NCBI GenBank assembly: GCA_017551545.1
Contig: JAFZLJ010000055.1
Span: forward strand, 35 to 64,034
Length of the DNA stretch: 64,000 bases
Direction: 5' to 3'
Origin: Treponema sp.
Lineage (GTDB): Bacteria > Spirochaetota > Spirochaetia > Treponematales > Treponemataceae
In this document: in pieces, positions 19,171 to 29,534 of the stretch
How positions within the stretch are numbered: position 1 is the stretch's first letter
How the letters are laid out: each line of letters starts with the position of its first letter
The notes under the pieces: model-generated
The model's database searches: none
Seen by the model: only the letters and a program-made list of their open reading frames with translations
Told to the model about the DNA's origin: nothing
Program-made: the position numbers and the translations under genes

Positions 19171-20361
19171 ATGTGGGAAGATTTTATAAACGCTTTAAAT
19201 AATTTTGTACGCAACAAGACAAGAACATTCCTTTCTCTGCTTGGTGTAATCATTGGTGTAGCTTCGGTAATTGTAATTACAAGTATTGGTTCAAGCTCTA
19301 CAAAACAGGTTGCCGACACTTTTGGTTCTGCCGGTCTTGATATGGTAAGTATTTCTTCAGGCGGTATGTGGCGTGGACGAAGTGCAGTAAGCATTAAGTT
19401 CAATGATACTTTCCGCGATAACCTTTTTGAAAACGTAGAAAATATTAAGACAATCTGGTACAAGAACTCTTTGAGTGCAACTGTTACTTACGGTGAAACT
19501 TCTAACTCTGTAAACTGTTCTGCAATTGAAACAGGCTACCTTCAGGCACTTGGAATGGAGCTTGAAGAAGGCGGCCGTTATTTTAATGTAAGCGACAACG
19601 AAGAGGGAACTCAGAAAATCATTTTGAATCACGATACTGCCGAAAGCTTTTTCCCTGCAGGAGACGCTGTTGGTAAAAAGATTCTTGTTGTAGTAAGCCG
19701 TGTTTCGTTCAGCTTTGAAGTAATTGGTGTCTTAAAGGAACAGACAACAGGTATGGAAAACAGTTCTGCATATGTACCACGCGGTTTTTATGACAAAAAG
19801 ATTTCGCCTAATGCAGATGCAGCAACTGTAATGGTTCAGGCTGTAAGCGAAGATAAGGCACAAGGTCTTGTAGATAAAATCAAGGAATACTGTACAAGCC
19901 TTAGCGGAACAGACACCTCTGTAAGCGTTTCTACAATGCAGACAATGATAGACCAGATCAGTTCCATTACAACAACACTTTCGACAATGCTCAGTGCTAT
20001 TGCAGCAATTTCGCTTCTTGTTGGTGGTATTGGAATTATGAATATCATGATTGTAACAGTAACAGAACGCAAGCAGGAAATTGGTATCCGAAAAGCTCTT
20101 GGTGCCAGCCCGAACGCAATACGGCAGCAGTTCCTTGTTGAATCTGCAAGTATCACGCTTATTGGTGGTTTCTTTGGAGTTTTAGTAGGGATTCTGATAA
20201 GTCTGGCGGTAGAATATGTCCAGAAGCAGTCATACGTAATAAACACAAACGCCTGTATCATAGCATTTGTGTTCAGTGTGTTTGTAGGTATTTTCTTTGG
20301 ATTGAATCCGGCAAGCCGCGCGGCTAAGTTGGACCCGGTAATTGCACTTAGTGGTGAGTAG
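19171..20361 (+). CDS. MacB/FtsX-type ABC permease
   Basis: RTFLSLLGVIIGVASVI, ISLLVGGIGIMNIM.V.VTER..EIGIRKALGA, PA.RAAKLDP. Confidence 0.95.
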   Translation: MWEDFINALNNFVRNKTRTFLSLLGVIIGVASVIVITSIGSSSTKQVADTFGSAGLDMVSISSGGMWRGRSAVSIKFNDTFRDNLFENVENIKTIWYKNSLSATVTYGETSNSVNCSAIETGYLQALGMELEEGGRYFNVSDNEEGTQKIILNHDTAESFFPAGDAVGKKILVVVSRVSFSFEVIGVLKEQTTGMENSSAYVPRGFYDKKISPNADAATVMVQAVSEDKAQGLVDKIKEYCTSLSGTDTSVSVSTMQTMIDQISSITTTLSTMLSAIAAISLLVGGIGIMNIMIVTVTERKQEIGIRKALGASPNAIRQQFLVESASITLIGGFFGVLVGILISLAVEYVQKQSYVINTNACIIAFVFSVFVGIFFGLNPASRAAKLDPVIALSGE

Positions 20362-20424
20362 AGATTGTCGGGTCAAGCCCGACAATGACACACTTTGTCA
20401 TTCCCCGGCTTGACCGGGGAATCT
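20362..20424. repeat. REP family A doublet between convergent genes
   Basis: 20362-20390 (GTCGG stem, minus) and 20396-20424 (CCCCG/CGGGG stem, plus). Confidence 0.9.
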
Positions 20425-20428
20425 CTTA

Positions 20429-22129
20429 TTAATATCCGTCCGACATTTCGCGGTTGGCATCTTTCTTACAAAGTTCATCATAAACAAGTGAACGTCTGCG
20501 CAAATCTTCCTTGAGTTCTTTAGGGAACGGCATGTTGCGCCAGAAGATACCGCGAACGTCCTTTTCAAGACGCTGTACACCGGTAGATTCCTTTGTCATC
20601 CACAGGATGTAATCTTCAATAAAGAATTCCTTAACGTCACCCTTGAGTTTGGCCTGGTCAAAGTGCTGGTAGTACTGACCTGTAAGACCTTCTTCCATCC
20701 AGTAGTAAGAAGCCTTTTCCTTTGCAACCTGCCAGCGCAAATCTGCAACGGCTGTAAGAACTGCAATGCGGAGGTCCTTTGGATACATTGGAACAACAAT
20801 ACGTCCACGGCTTGTTACACGGTTGTAGCGGTCGAATGGTTCCCAGCAGAAGCCTCTGTCGCCATAAGTTGGAACAAGACAAACATAAGGAACAATTCGG
20901 TTAGGAATATTTTTATGTACACGGCAGAATACACCTGGATCAATTGATTCAATCCAGCGCATTACTTCAATTACGTTTTCGCGGGTTCCTGTTCCGTTTT
21001 CGGTACAGTGGTAGAATTCGCGTGTGAAAATAGGGAACTGGTTACCACGACGACCAATTGTCATCTTTGCCATCTGGCGGATTGTTTCAAATTCAATATT
21101 GATTGCACTTGTGTCTACCTGAACAATAGGACCGGAATCCTGAATCTTATTCTGAACGCTGTCGTAAACGCCCTTTGCTTCCTGGAATTCTGCAAGTGCC
21201 TTTGAAAGTTCCTTATCATTGCGTGAAAGGCGGTGAAGCAAATCTGTAATTTCAGAGAAAAGCTTGCGCTGAGATTCTGAAAGACCCTGTGTATGTGGTT
21301 CCATACCAATAATAGGGCTGTGCTGGCACAAAGAATCAACTCTGTTACGAAGCTCAACTTCAATCATTGAGCGTTCATTTTCTTTTATATGAAGAATATT
21401 TTCTGAGCTTTGAAGTTTTCCGGAGTTCTTTGACTGCAGCTGCATAAGACGAGCCTGTTCTGCACTGGCTGCCTGTTCCGGAGAAAGATTTCTCTGTGGA
21501 GTTTTCTTTTCATCTGTCATTGAGTTGTTCATTCGGCCTGAAGCAATTTCCTTGAACCACTCATCAACATAAAGTACAGGCTCCTGAGGCTTGTTTTCAA
21601 AAATTATGCGCGAAAAGAAATCCTTCTGTTCTGCTTTAAAAAGTGAAGGAAGAAGAACACCGAATCTCATGAGCATGCGTTTTGGCATTGGCAAGTTGAT
21701 ATCTGCCATTTTTGGCGCCATTCCGCGAAGAAGTTCCCAATAACAGGTAACAATCTGCTGGCGGTAAACTGCACGATCTTTTGGATCCTGGCAGGTAAGA
21801 TATTTAGAAAGCACCTGATGAACTCGTTGTGCCGACTGATTTTCGTTTGTAAGAACTGTTTTATAATATTTTGGATCTTCGTAGACATTTGAAGGAGTGT
21901 CATTCTTAAGCTTTTCAAGAGGAGCAAATTCCTTAAGACTTAAGTTTACTTCATGAACGCCGCCGCTTCCTGCTGTGTGAGTATGCGATTCTGAAGAATT
22001 TTTAGAAAGTAAATTAGGATTAAAGGAATCCGATGCGCTAGGCATGTTATCAATATCTTCGATAGATACTGATGATTCTGTATTTGCTAACAATGCAGCA
22101 ATTTCCGGATCCAATTCTGCTTCTGCCAT
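20429..22129 (-). CDS. Conserved hypothetical cytoplasmic protein with central coiled coil
   Basis: Long ORF with host-like codon usage and SD GGGAG before ATG 22129; Trp/Tyr-rich C-terminal domain (WMEEGLTG.YY, FIEDYILW); function unrecognised. Confidence 0.8.
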   Translation of the reverse strand: MAEAELDPEIAALLANTESSVSIEDIDNMPSASDSFNPNLLSKNSSESHTHTAGSGGVHEVNLSLKEFAPLEKLKNDTPSNVYEDPKYYKTVLTNENQSAQRVHQVLSKYLTCQDPKDRAVYRQQIVTCYWELLRGMAPKMADINLPMPKRMLMRFGVLLPSLFKAEQKDFFSRIIFENKPQEPVLYVDEWFKEIASGRMNNSMTDEKKTPQRNLSPEQAASAEQARLMQLQSKNSGKLQSSENILHIKENERSMIEVELRNRVDSLCQHSPIIGMEPHTQGLSESQRKLFSEITDLLHRLSRNDKELSKALAEFQEAKGVYDSVQNKIQDSGPIVQVDTSAINIEFETIRQMAKMTIGRRGNQFPIFTREFYHCTENGTGTRENVIEVMRWIESIDPGVFCRVHKNIPNRIVPYVCLVPTYGDRGFCWEPFDRYNRVTSRGRIVVPMYPKDLRIAVLTAVADLRWQVAKEKASYYWMEEGLTGQYYQHFDQAKLKGDVKEFFIEDYILWMTKESTGVQRLEKDVRGIFWRNMPFPKELKEDLRRRSLVYDELCKKDANREMSDGY

Positions 22130-22244
22130 TATTCTGTTGCTCCCATAAAACAATTATCTCTATATTATAGTATTTCATTATATCATATAATTATTGAATT
22201 TCCACTAAAAAAGTGCCATAATCGCAGAAAGCGAGGAATAAAAT

Positions 22245-23420
22245 ATGGAAAAAAAGATTCTGAACAACTACGGGTCGTTTGATGTCGTTTTCACTAAAGG
22301 AAAAGGCTCAACAATGTGGGATGTAAATGGTAAAAAGTACATCGATTTCCTTTCAGGCATTGGCGTAAACTGCCTTGGACACAATTATAAACCACTTGTA
22401 AAGGCAATTTCAGATCAGGCTAAACGGCAGCTCCATATTTCCAACTATTTTCTCAGCGATATTGGTCTTGTTTTTGCAGACGAACTTTTAGCAATTACAG
22501 GCTTTGAAAAAGGATATTTTGGTAACTCAGGCGCAGAAGCTAACGAAGCTGCAATTAAACTTGCAAGAAAGTATGGTCAGCTCAACGGTGGTTCTAAGCG
22601 CAAGACAATCATAACTTTGGAAAAATCCTTCCACGGTAGAACACTTGCAACACTTACAGCAACTGGTCAGGAAAAATTCCATGCAGAATGCTTTGCTCCT
22701 TATCCGGAAGGCTTTAAGACAATTAAGGCAAATGATTACGAATCAATCAAAACTGCTTTTGACGATACAACAGCCGCTCTCTTTATTGAATGTATTCAGG
22801 GAGAAGGCGGTGTAAATCTTATTGATGCAGAATGGGCTAAGGCTGCTGCAGACGCTGCACGCAAAGCTGGTGCAATTGTTATGGCAGATGAAGTTCAGAC
22901 TGGTATTGGAAGAACAGGTACTTTCCTTGCAAGCGACTTCCTTGGATTTAAGCCAGAAGTTGTTACTCTTGCAAAAGGAATTGCAGGCGGTATTCCAATG
23001 GGAGCATGCCTCTTCCGCGGTAAGGCTGCAGATGTTTTTGTAGCAGGAGATCATCAGTCTACATTTGCCGGAAACCCTCTTGCATGTGCTGCAGGCTGTG
23101 TTGTTGCCGAAACTGTAAGCGATTTGAACTTCCTTGATAAGGTAAATAAAAAGGGTGAATATATCAGAAAGACTATTGCCAGCTGGAATATTCCTTTTAT
23201 AAAAGAAGTTCGCGGACGTGGTCTTATGATTGGCTCACAGATTGACAGTTCAATTAATCCGGGCGACATAAAGGTACGTTGTCTTGAAGAAGGCCTTTGC
23301 GTAACAACAGCCGGTTCTGACGTTGTACGATTCCTTCCGCCGTTGAATATCAGCGACAAAGAAATTGAAGAAGGACTTGCAATCTTCCGCAGGGTTCTTG
23401 GAGAATTTGCTGCAAAATAA
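22245..23420 (+). CDS. argD: Acetylornithine aminotransferase (class III PLP)
   Basis: YIDFLSGIGVNCLGH, NSGAEANEAAIKLARK, SFHGRT, IQGEGG, DEVQTG.GRTG, TLAKG, STFAGNPLA. Confidence 0.9.
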   Translation: MEKKILNNYGSFDVVFTKGKGSTMWDVNGKKYIDFLSGIGVNCLGHNYKPLVKAISDQAKRQLHISNYFLSDIGLVFADELLAITGFEKGYFGNSGAEANEAAIKLARKYGQLNGGSKRKTIITLEKSFHGRTLATLTATGQEKFHAECFAPYPEGFKTIKANDYESIKTAFDDTTAALFIECIQGEGGVNLIDAEWAKAAADAARKAGAIVMADEVQTGIGRTGTFLASDFLGFKPEVVTLAKGIAGGIPMGACLFRGKAADVFVAGDHQSTFAGNPLACAAGCVVAETVSDLNFLDKVNKKGEYIRKTIASWNIPFIKEVRGRGLMIGSQIDSSINPGDIKVRCLEEGLCVTTAGSDVVRFLPPLNISDKEIEEGLAIFRRVLGEFAAK

Positions 23421-23423
23421 AAA

Positions 23424-26400
23424 ATGCACCATCGCGCCGTAAAAAACAGATTTTTGTTTTTAACTATTGTTCTCTTTTGCGCAAAGCTTTTTTGCGGCGA
23501 GATGGCAATTCCCCGTTCTGTTTATGTAATTTCTACAAAATATTTTGATTTTCTTTTTCCGCTCGAAAAGGAACAGACTGTAAGGTTTCTTGCCGAACAG
23601 GCAGATGATATTTATCTTAATGCAAAACAAACCTTTAACTGCGATTATGATATCAGAACTATAGTAGTTGTTTCTCCGGATTCAGATACCCTTTCTGTAA
23701 AATATACTGCTTCTCCGTATAACCGCATTGTAATTTTTGATGCCGTTGGACGACTTGAAGCAAGCTCGTATGCAAGCGGATTACTTGATTTATTTGCACA
23801 TGAAGTTGGAAGGGCAGTAAGTCAGTCAATCCGTTCTAAACCAATGGCGTTTCTTTCAAAGTATTTTTTAGGTGACTCTTTCCAGCCGGCAGGCCTTCTT
23901 AATGTACCGTACTCTTTCCTTGAAGGAGCAGTTTATGCAGAAGACGAAAAAAGCATGTCTGGCATTTTATATGACAACTGGAATCTTGAACTTTTAATGC
24001 AGGCTAAGCTTGAAAATAAATTTCCGTCGCTTCTGCAGGTTTCCGGCGCCTATGATATTTATCCGGTAAATAGAATTGACTATATTGCTGCCGCTTCTTT
24101 TTATGCATATATTCAGCAGTTGTGGGGAATAGAAAAATTCGGAGAATACTGGCAGGAATGCGGAAAGTTGAATTTCTTTAAGCTAGACAAAGGAATTTTT
24201 CGCAAGGTTTATGGAGAAGAAATTACAAAGGTCTGGCAGGATTTTATAGAAGCAATACCTGTTCCGGAAGTTTCGGCTCAGGAAGAAGAAAAGACAAAAC
24301 AGTTTTTTAAAACAGATTACGATTCAAATTACAAATATATTGTAAGCACAAATTATGGTCTTGTCTGGTATGATGAATTAAAGGAAGAGGTTGATATTTC
24401 CGGTTTTTATGATTATCAGAGTATTAAACAGCTGCTTTTTCTTGCAAATAATATCACCAATCTTACAGTTTCTCCCGACGGACGCTTTCTTGTAGTTTCG
24501 CATGTTCAGGGTGGTATACGCGAAAAATTTGAACATGACCTTGTGCGTATTTATGATTTAAAAGAACGAAAATTCCTTTCTGAAAAGTACGAAATGCGCG
24601 ACGGTTCAATTGTGCGGCTAGAAGACGGAAGATTTGCTGTTGCCGGAAACTATGTTGATGACGGTTATTCCTGCCTGCAGATTTATGAATCGCCTGTGCT
24701 TGATTCTTTGCTTGGGTTTGAATGCGATGTTTATAAAGGACTTGTTTATTCAAGAAAGTTTGAAAGCAATGTAATTCCTTATAGTCCTGTTGCTCTTGGA
24801 AAAAATCATTTTGCGTGTCTTTTGAACAGCAGCAACGAATGGTACATAATGCTTTCTGATATTACACCAGAACTTTCTGCAGGCGGACAGAATGATGAAG
24901 ATTTTTATACAATCTCTGTCGGCGGGAACAATGAAAGCTTTGCCGAAGTATTGAAAATCCGTAATTTGCGTTATGCCGATTATGTTGAAGTTTCAGGTAA
25001 AAAAAGCGACAGAGATAAAAACTTCTGCCTGTTATATGATTATGTTCTTCAAAATGAAACTTCGTTTGTTCGTACCGGCTGGCTTTTCTTTGATAAAAAT
25101 TCAATTCCGTTAAGGTCTCTTGTTTCCGGCTGTGACTATTATGGCGGTATGAATTGCGGGGCAATGTTTGACTGTAAGCTTTATTATTCTTCGCAGCGAT
25201 TTGATTATTCTGAATTAAAATATGTTTCGCTTAATGATATTCCGCTGGAAGAAGCAAAGATTTCGTATTCTGCAGGCCCTATGCCAACAACTGCAATTCC
25301 TATACCAACGACTGCAATTCCTGAGCCAACAACTGCGGTTCCTGAGCCTGTCGAAGGACCATATCAAGAAACCCTTGAACTAAAAAAATACTCTCCGTTC
25401 AAATATATGTACAAAGGTTCATTTTCTTTCTTCATGCCTGTGCGCGATATAACGCTTGATGATGGAATAAAACGGGAACCTGGTCTTGGTGCAATTTTTG
25501 AAACACAGTCCGATCCTTTTTCGAATAACGAGCTTCTTATTTCTGCAGCAAAAGGTTTTGTACCGCTTGATTTTGAACAGATTTTTAATGCAGATAAAAA
25601 GAAACTGGATGAGCTTAATGCGCAGAAAATTGAATTAAGCAAGGATGCAGCTTTTGCAATTTATTTTAAAAACACATCTACTCCTGCAGACATTGTTGCT
25701 TCCGGTGTGTTTAAGTTTAATGAATCGGGTGAATATACTCTTTCTGCTTTCAGCGATATTGTGTTCAGTCTTCCGCTTGCCATGACATTCAGACGGCTTA
25801 CTTTTGACGTATCGCTTGCTTTTAATGCTTCTACAACATATTGGGATGTTACACAGACAGAGCGTTTCCCGAATCTTACAGACTGGCCTTCGCTTTCAAA
25901 ATCATACAGACAATGGCAGAGCACTGCAGGCCTGCTGTATTCAAATATTCATCAGTATGGAATCTCTCCGTTGAAGAAAGTTGGTATAGCAGCCGGAGTA
26001 AAATTAATTTCTTCGTGGGAATGGGGTAATTGGAATCCTTATCAGATAAACGCTGGAATATACGGCACAGGTGAAATTCCATTTTTAATGCCGGTACAGA
26101 ATTATAAAAATATCATTTTATGTCTGCCAACTACAGTTCACGCAGAATTGTTTTATACAAACGGAAAAGCCGTAGATGCTTATGCACAGCTTATGCTTTC
26201 GGGAATGGAAATTCAAAACGGTTTCTGGCGATTGTATTTTCCGCGGGCAGGCCTTTATTTAGGTTACGATATAGCTCTTGAATACGACACTGCAACAGTA
26301 CGCCTGCCGGACCTTCGCCACCTGGAACGGTTTTATGATGTATTTGCTCACTGCACTTTAAATGACAGCGTTTATGTAAAATTAGATTTTGGGTTGACCC

Positions 26401-26510
26401 CGGTAATAGGAAAGTTTTCGAAGGTTCAGTTCCAGTCCTCACTGCGGTTAGAAAAATATCTGCGCAGCGAAGAATGGAAACTGAAGTTTGATATTGATAT
26501 TAAATACTAG
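23424..26510 (+). CDS. Large exported protein (degenerate peptidase-like N-domain, propeller-like middle, probable C-terminal beta-barrel)
   Basis: Signal peptide; AHEVGR..FLEG; VSPDGRFL propeller-type motif; amphipathic C-terminus ending KFDIDIKY. Confidence 0.65.
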   Translation: MHHRAVKNRFLFLTIVLFCAKLFCGEMAIPRSVYVISTKYFDFLFPLEKEQTVRFLAEQADDIYLNAKQTFNCDYDIRTIVVVSPDSDTLSVKYTASPYNRIVIFDAVGRLEASSYASGLLDLFAHEVGRAVSQSIRSKPMAFLSKYFLGDSFQPAGLLNVPYSFLEGAVYAEDEKSMSGILYDNWNLELLMQAKLENKFPSLLQVSGAYDIYPVNRIDYIAAASFYAYIQQLWGIEKFGEYWQECGKLNFFKLDKGIFRKVYGEEITKVWQDFIEAIPVPEVSAQEEEKTKQFFKTDYDSNYKYIVSTNYGLVWYDELKEEVDISGFYDYQSIKQLLFLANNITNLTVSPDGRFLVVSHVQGGIREKFEHDLVRIYDLKERKFLSEKYEMRDGSIVRLEDGRFAVAGNYVDDGYSCLQIYESPVLDSLLGFECDVYKGLVYSRKFESNVIPYSPVALGKNHFACLLNSSNEWYIMLSDITPELSAGGQNDEDFYTISVGGNNESFAEVLKIRNLRYADYVEVSGKKSDRDKNFCLLYDYVLQNETSFVRTGWLFFDKNSIPLRSLVSGCDYYGGMNCGAMFDCKLYYSSQRFDYSELKYVSLNDIPLEEAKISYSAGPMPTTAIPIPTTAIPEPTTAVPEPVEGPYQETLELKKYSPFKYMYKGSFSFFMPVRDITLDDGIKREPGLGAIFETQSDPFSNNELLISAAKGFVPLDFEQIFNADKKKLDELNAQKIELSKDAAFAIYFKNTSTPADIVASGVFKFNESGEYTLSAFSDIVFSLPLAMTFRRLTFDVSLAFNASTTYWDVTQTERFPNLTDWPSLSKSYRQWQSTAGLLYSNIHQYGISPLKKVGIAAGVKLISSWEWGNWNPYQINAGIYGTGEIPFLMPVQNYKNIILCLPTTVHAELFYTNGKAVDAYAQLMLSGMEIQNGFWRLYFPRAGLYLGYDIALEYDTATVRLPDLRHLERFYDVFAHCTLNDSVYVKLDFGLTPVIGKFSKVQFQSSLRLEKYLRSEEWKLKFDIDIKY
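25278..25360 (+). repeat. 3 x 21-bp coding tandem repeat ending in a REP family C copy
   Basis: cctatgccaacaactgcaatt/cctataccaacgactgcaatt/cctgagccaacaactgcggtt/cctgagcctgtcgaaggacc = PMPTTAI PIPTTAI PEPTTAV PEPVEG. Confidence 0.88.
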
Positions 26511-27133
26511 AAGAGTTCCTTGAACTTGCCAAGAAGCACGTCTGTTTCAATAGAAGCATCAAGGTCTGTGATTTTTCCCTTACCCTTGTAGAAGTTGATA
26601 AGAGGTTCTGTCTGTTCACGGTAAACATCCATACGGTGCATGATAGATTCCTGTTTGTCATCATCACGCTGATAGAGTTCGCCGCCACATTTGTCGCAAA
26701 CACCTTCTACTTTTGGTGGAAGTGTAAGAACGTTGAAGTTTGCACCACAAGCCTTACATACACGGCGTGTAGAAAGACGGCGGATTACAATTTCATCCTG
26801 AATTTCAAAGTTTACAACCTTAACATCATCAACAAGCTTTTCGAGCATTTCTGCCTGTGGAATTGTGCGTGGGAATCCGTCAAGAATGTATCCGTTTTTG
26901 CAGTCATCCTGTGCAAGGCGGTCTTTTACAAGTTCAAAAGTAAGTTCATCGCTAACCAAAGAACCTGAATCAATAATAGCCTTTACCTTAACTCCAAGTG
27001 GAGTCTGTGCCTTTATATTTGCACGGAAAATATCTCCTGTAGAAATGTGAGGGATCTTGTAGTCTTCTGCAACCTTTACAGCAAGTGAGCCCTTTCCAGC
27101 TCCCGGTGGTCCCAAGAAAATAAAATTGTTCAT
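26507..27133 (-). CDS. adk: Adenylate kinase (Zn-lid type)
   Basis: GPPGAGKG, HISTGDIFR, LDGFPRT..QA, CxxC...CxxC lid, QRDDD. Confidence 0.97.
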   Translation of the reverse strand: MNNFIFLGPPGAGKGSLAVKVAEDYKIPHISTGDIFRANIKAQTPLGVKVKAIIDSGSLVSDELTFELVKDRLAQDDCKNGYILDGFPRTIPQAEMLEKLVDDVKVVNFEIQDEIVIRRLSTRRVCKACGANFNVLTLPPKVEGVCDKCGGELYQRDDDKQESIMHRMDVYREQTEPLINFYKGKGKITDLDASIETDVLLGKFKELF

Positions 27134-27170
27134 TATTCGTTATCCTCCAATTAATATGTCTATATTTATT

Positions 27171-28469
27171 TTACTCAAAGTTTTGCGCAGTTTCAAGAAC
27201 GCCAAAGAAGGCCGGCTTGCATTCGTATTCTTTTTCGAATAACAAAGGACGCTGGTGCTTGTTTGCATTATCTGAATTATTGTAAATCCATGAAACTTCA
27301 TCTTTTGTTCCCCATAAGGTAATACCTGTAATTCCATTTTTGCCTGGAGTTTTACGGTATTTAAGGAAGAGCTTGAAGTATTCTACATATCTGTCGCTAA
27401 GGGCTTGCTGAGAAACGCTTCTGCCGCCAAAAGCAATTTCCATTTCTGTAACCTGAACATCTACTCCAAGTGCAAAAAATTCATTCAGGGCTTTTTCGTA
27501 ATCGGCAACAGCAGGGTAGGTCATGCTTACATGCGACTGCATTCCAACAATATCAATGCGGGCGTCAGGGGCTGCCTGAATATCCTGAACAACCTTGCAG
27601 ATTGCTTTTGTTTTGGCAGGTGCATAACTTGAATAATCATTGTAGGCAAGTTTAACGTCGGCCGGAGCATATTTGTTTGCATAACGGAATGCATTTACAA
27701 TAAAGCTGTCGTCACCGTAAATTGAATACCACGGACTTGAAGTTCTTAACGGGTCATCTGTCCAGGCGCCGTCGGTACAGGCTTCATTTACAACATCCCA
27801 TGTAACAATAATTCTTTTGCCGTCGTTGTTTTTTTCTTCCCAGTCTTTTACAAATTCCAGAACAGATTTTATATACCATTCCTGGCGGGCTGTCATTGTA
27901 GCTTTGTCGGCATATGGTTTACTTGTAGAGTAATCTTCACGGAAGAACCAATCCGGAGTCTGACTGTGCCATACAAGTACATGGCCACGCATTATCATTC
28001 CATATTGTTTTGCAATATCAAGAATCTTTGCAAGGCGGGTAAAACCTAAAAGTTTATCTGGAACCTGATACTCTTTTCCGTCTTCTGCTTTAAAAGCAAC
28101 TGTTTTTTGTGGCTGAGCCCAGTTAAAAATAAAATCAGGTTTGCATTCGTTTTCGCAGGTAAAACAGTTTGCCTGATAGCTTACACCCTTCATGATGCTG
28201 TCATTTGTAAGCTGAGTTTCCGGAACTGCAAAACCAAAGTAATCAAAGTACTTGGTGTATTCATCTTTAAGGGCAGGAACTTCTGTCCAGGTTTGCTGTT
28301 TGCTGTTTTTTTCTGTTGAAGAAGAAGCAGAAGATATTTTTACGGGAATTACAGGTTCTGCTTTTTGCTTTGTTTCTTTTTTTGAAGAACATGAAATAAG
28401 AACTACAGAGCATAAAAAGACTCCGCAGTATGTGGCGATAATTGATAATTTAGTGTGTTTCATTTTCAT
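27171..28469 (-). CDS. GH10 endo-1,4-beta-xylanase, lipoprotein
   Basis: Lipobox LISC; ENECKPD, RGHVLVWHSQTP, WDVVNE (acid/base), YNDY, GMQSH, VTEME (nucleophile), ITLWG. Confidence 0.93.
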   Translation of the reverse strand: MKMKHTKLSIIATYCGVFLCSVVLISCSSKKETKQKAEPVIPVKISSASSSTEKNSKQQTWTEVPALKDEYTKYFDYFGFAVPETQLTNDSIMKGVSYQANCFTCENECKPDFIFNWAQPQKTVAFKAEDGKEYQVPDKLLGFTRLAKILDIAKQYGMIMRGHVLVWHSQTPDWFFREDYSTSKPYADKATMTARQEWYIKSVLEFVKDWEEKNNDGKRIIVTWDVVNEACTDGAWTDDPLRTSSPWYSIYGDDSFIVNAFRYANKYAPADVKLAYNDYSSYAPAKTKAICKVVQDIQAAPDARIDIVGMQSHVSMTYPAVADYEKALNEFFALGVDVQVTEMEIAFGGRSVSQQALSDRYVEYFKLFLKYRKTPGKNGITGITLWGTKDEVSWIYNNSDNANKHQRPLLFEKEYECKPAFFGVLETAQNFE

Positions 28470-28588
28470 ATTAATAGCAGAAAATCACAGAAAAAACAAT
28501 TCGTTAAACTTGAGGCTCTTCATACTAGTTTATTTTTTTTATAGATGTTAAAATGATTAAAAGAGAAAAAGGAGAGAGTTAGAGAGTT

Positions 28589-29503
28589 ATGGCAAACATT
28601 ATTCAGAAGTTCATGGCGTGCAAAACGCGCTGGGATTTTGGAAGAATGGATAAGAGACGCGATGCAGGTCAGTCAATTCCTGATGATGTAATGCGCTTTG
28701 AAAACATTCTGTATGGTCCCGACAAAAAATTCCAGAAATGGCAATATCTTGATGTTTATCGTCCTGCTGGGAAATCTCAGAAAGAAAAGCTTCCTGTAAT
28801 TGTTAGTGTACATGGAGGTGCCTGGGTATATGGCGATAAGGATGTTTATCAGTGGTACTGTATGCGTCTTGCTCAACGCGGTTTTGCAGTAATTAATTTT
28901 TCTTACAGGCTTGCACCTGAAACAGCTTTTCCTTGTTCAGTTGAAGATACAGAGCTTGTTTTTCAGTGGCTTGGCAATAATGCAGACGAATATGGTTTTG
29001 ATATAAATAATGTTTTTGCTGTAGGCGATTCTGCCGGTGCACATCTTCTGGCACTTTATGCTTCTGCAATAACAAATGATGAATATGCAAAGAATTTTAC
29101 GTTCATTAAAAGTAAGCCGTTCAGTCTTCGTGGTGTTGCTTTGAACTGCGGTAAATATAATCTTGATCCTTCGCTTGAAAAAAATCCTTTTATGAAAATG
29201 CTTGTAGAAGCACTTTTGCAGTCTAAAATAACAAAGGAAGGACTTGAGCTTTTAAATGCGAGTGCGCATGTTACAAAAGCTTTTCCTCCTGCATTTATAA
29301 TGACTTGTATTGGTGATTTTCAGTTTGTTCAGGCACCTTTTATTACAAAGGCATTGGAACAGGCAGGGGTTCAATTTGAATATCATTGCTATGGTTCAGA
29401 AGAAAAACCATTGTGGCACGTTTTCCACTGCGACCCGCACCTGGAAGAAGCCGTTGTATGCAATGACGATGAATGTGAGTTCTTTAGAAAACATATAAAG
29501 TAA
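28589..29503 (+). CDS. Alpha/beta hydrolase (HSL/BD-FAE-like esterase)
   Basis: LDVYRP, HGGAW..GDK, YRLAP, GDSAG, D and H (WHVFH) candidates. Confidence 0.9.
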   Translation: MANIIQKFMACKTRWDFGRMDKRRDAGQSIPDDVMRFENILYGPDKKFQKWQYLDVYRPAGKSQKEKLPVIVSVHGGAWVYGDKDVYQWYCMRLAQRGFAVINFSYRLAPETAFPCSVEDTELVFQWLGNNADEYGFDINNVFAVGDSAGAHLLALYASAITNDEYAKNFTFIKSKPFSLRGVALNCGKYNLDPSLEKNPFMKMLVEALLQSKITKEGLELLNASAHVTKAFPPAFIMTCIGDFQFVQAPFITKALEQAGVQFEYHCYGSEEKPLWHVFHCDPHLEEAVVCNDDECEFFRKHIK

Positions 29504-29505
29504 TA

Positions 29506-29534
29506 TGTCATCCTCGGGCTTGACCCGGGGATCT
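29506..29534. repeat. REP family A copy supplying the gntR C-terminus and stop codon
   Basis: TGTCATCCTCGGGCTTGACCCGGGGATCT; the minus strand reads RSPGQARG*. Confidence 0.85.
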
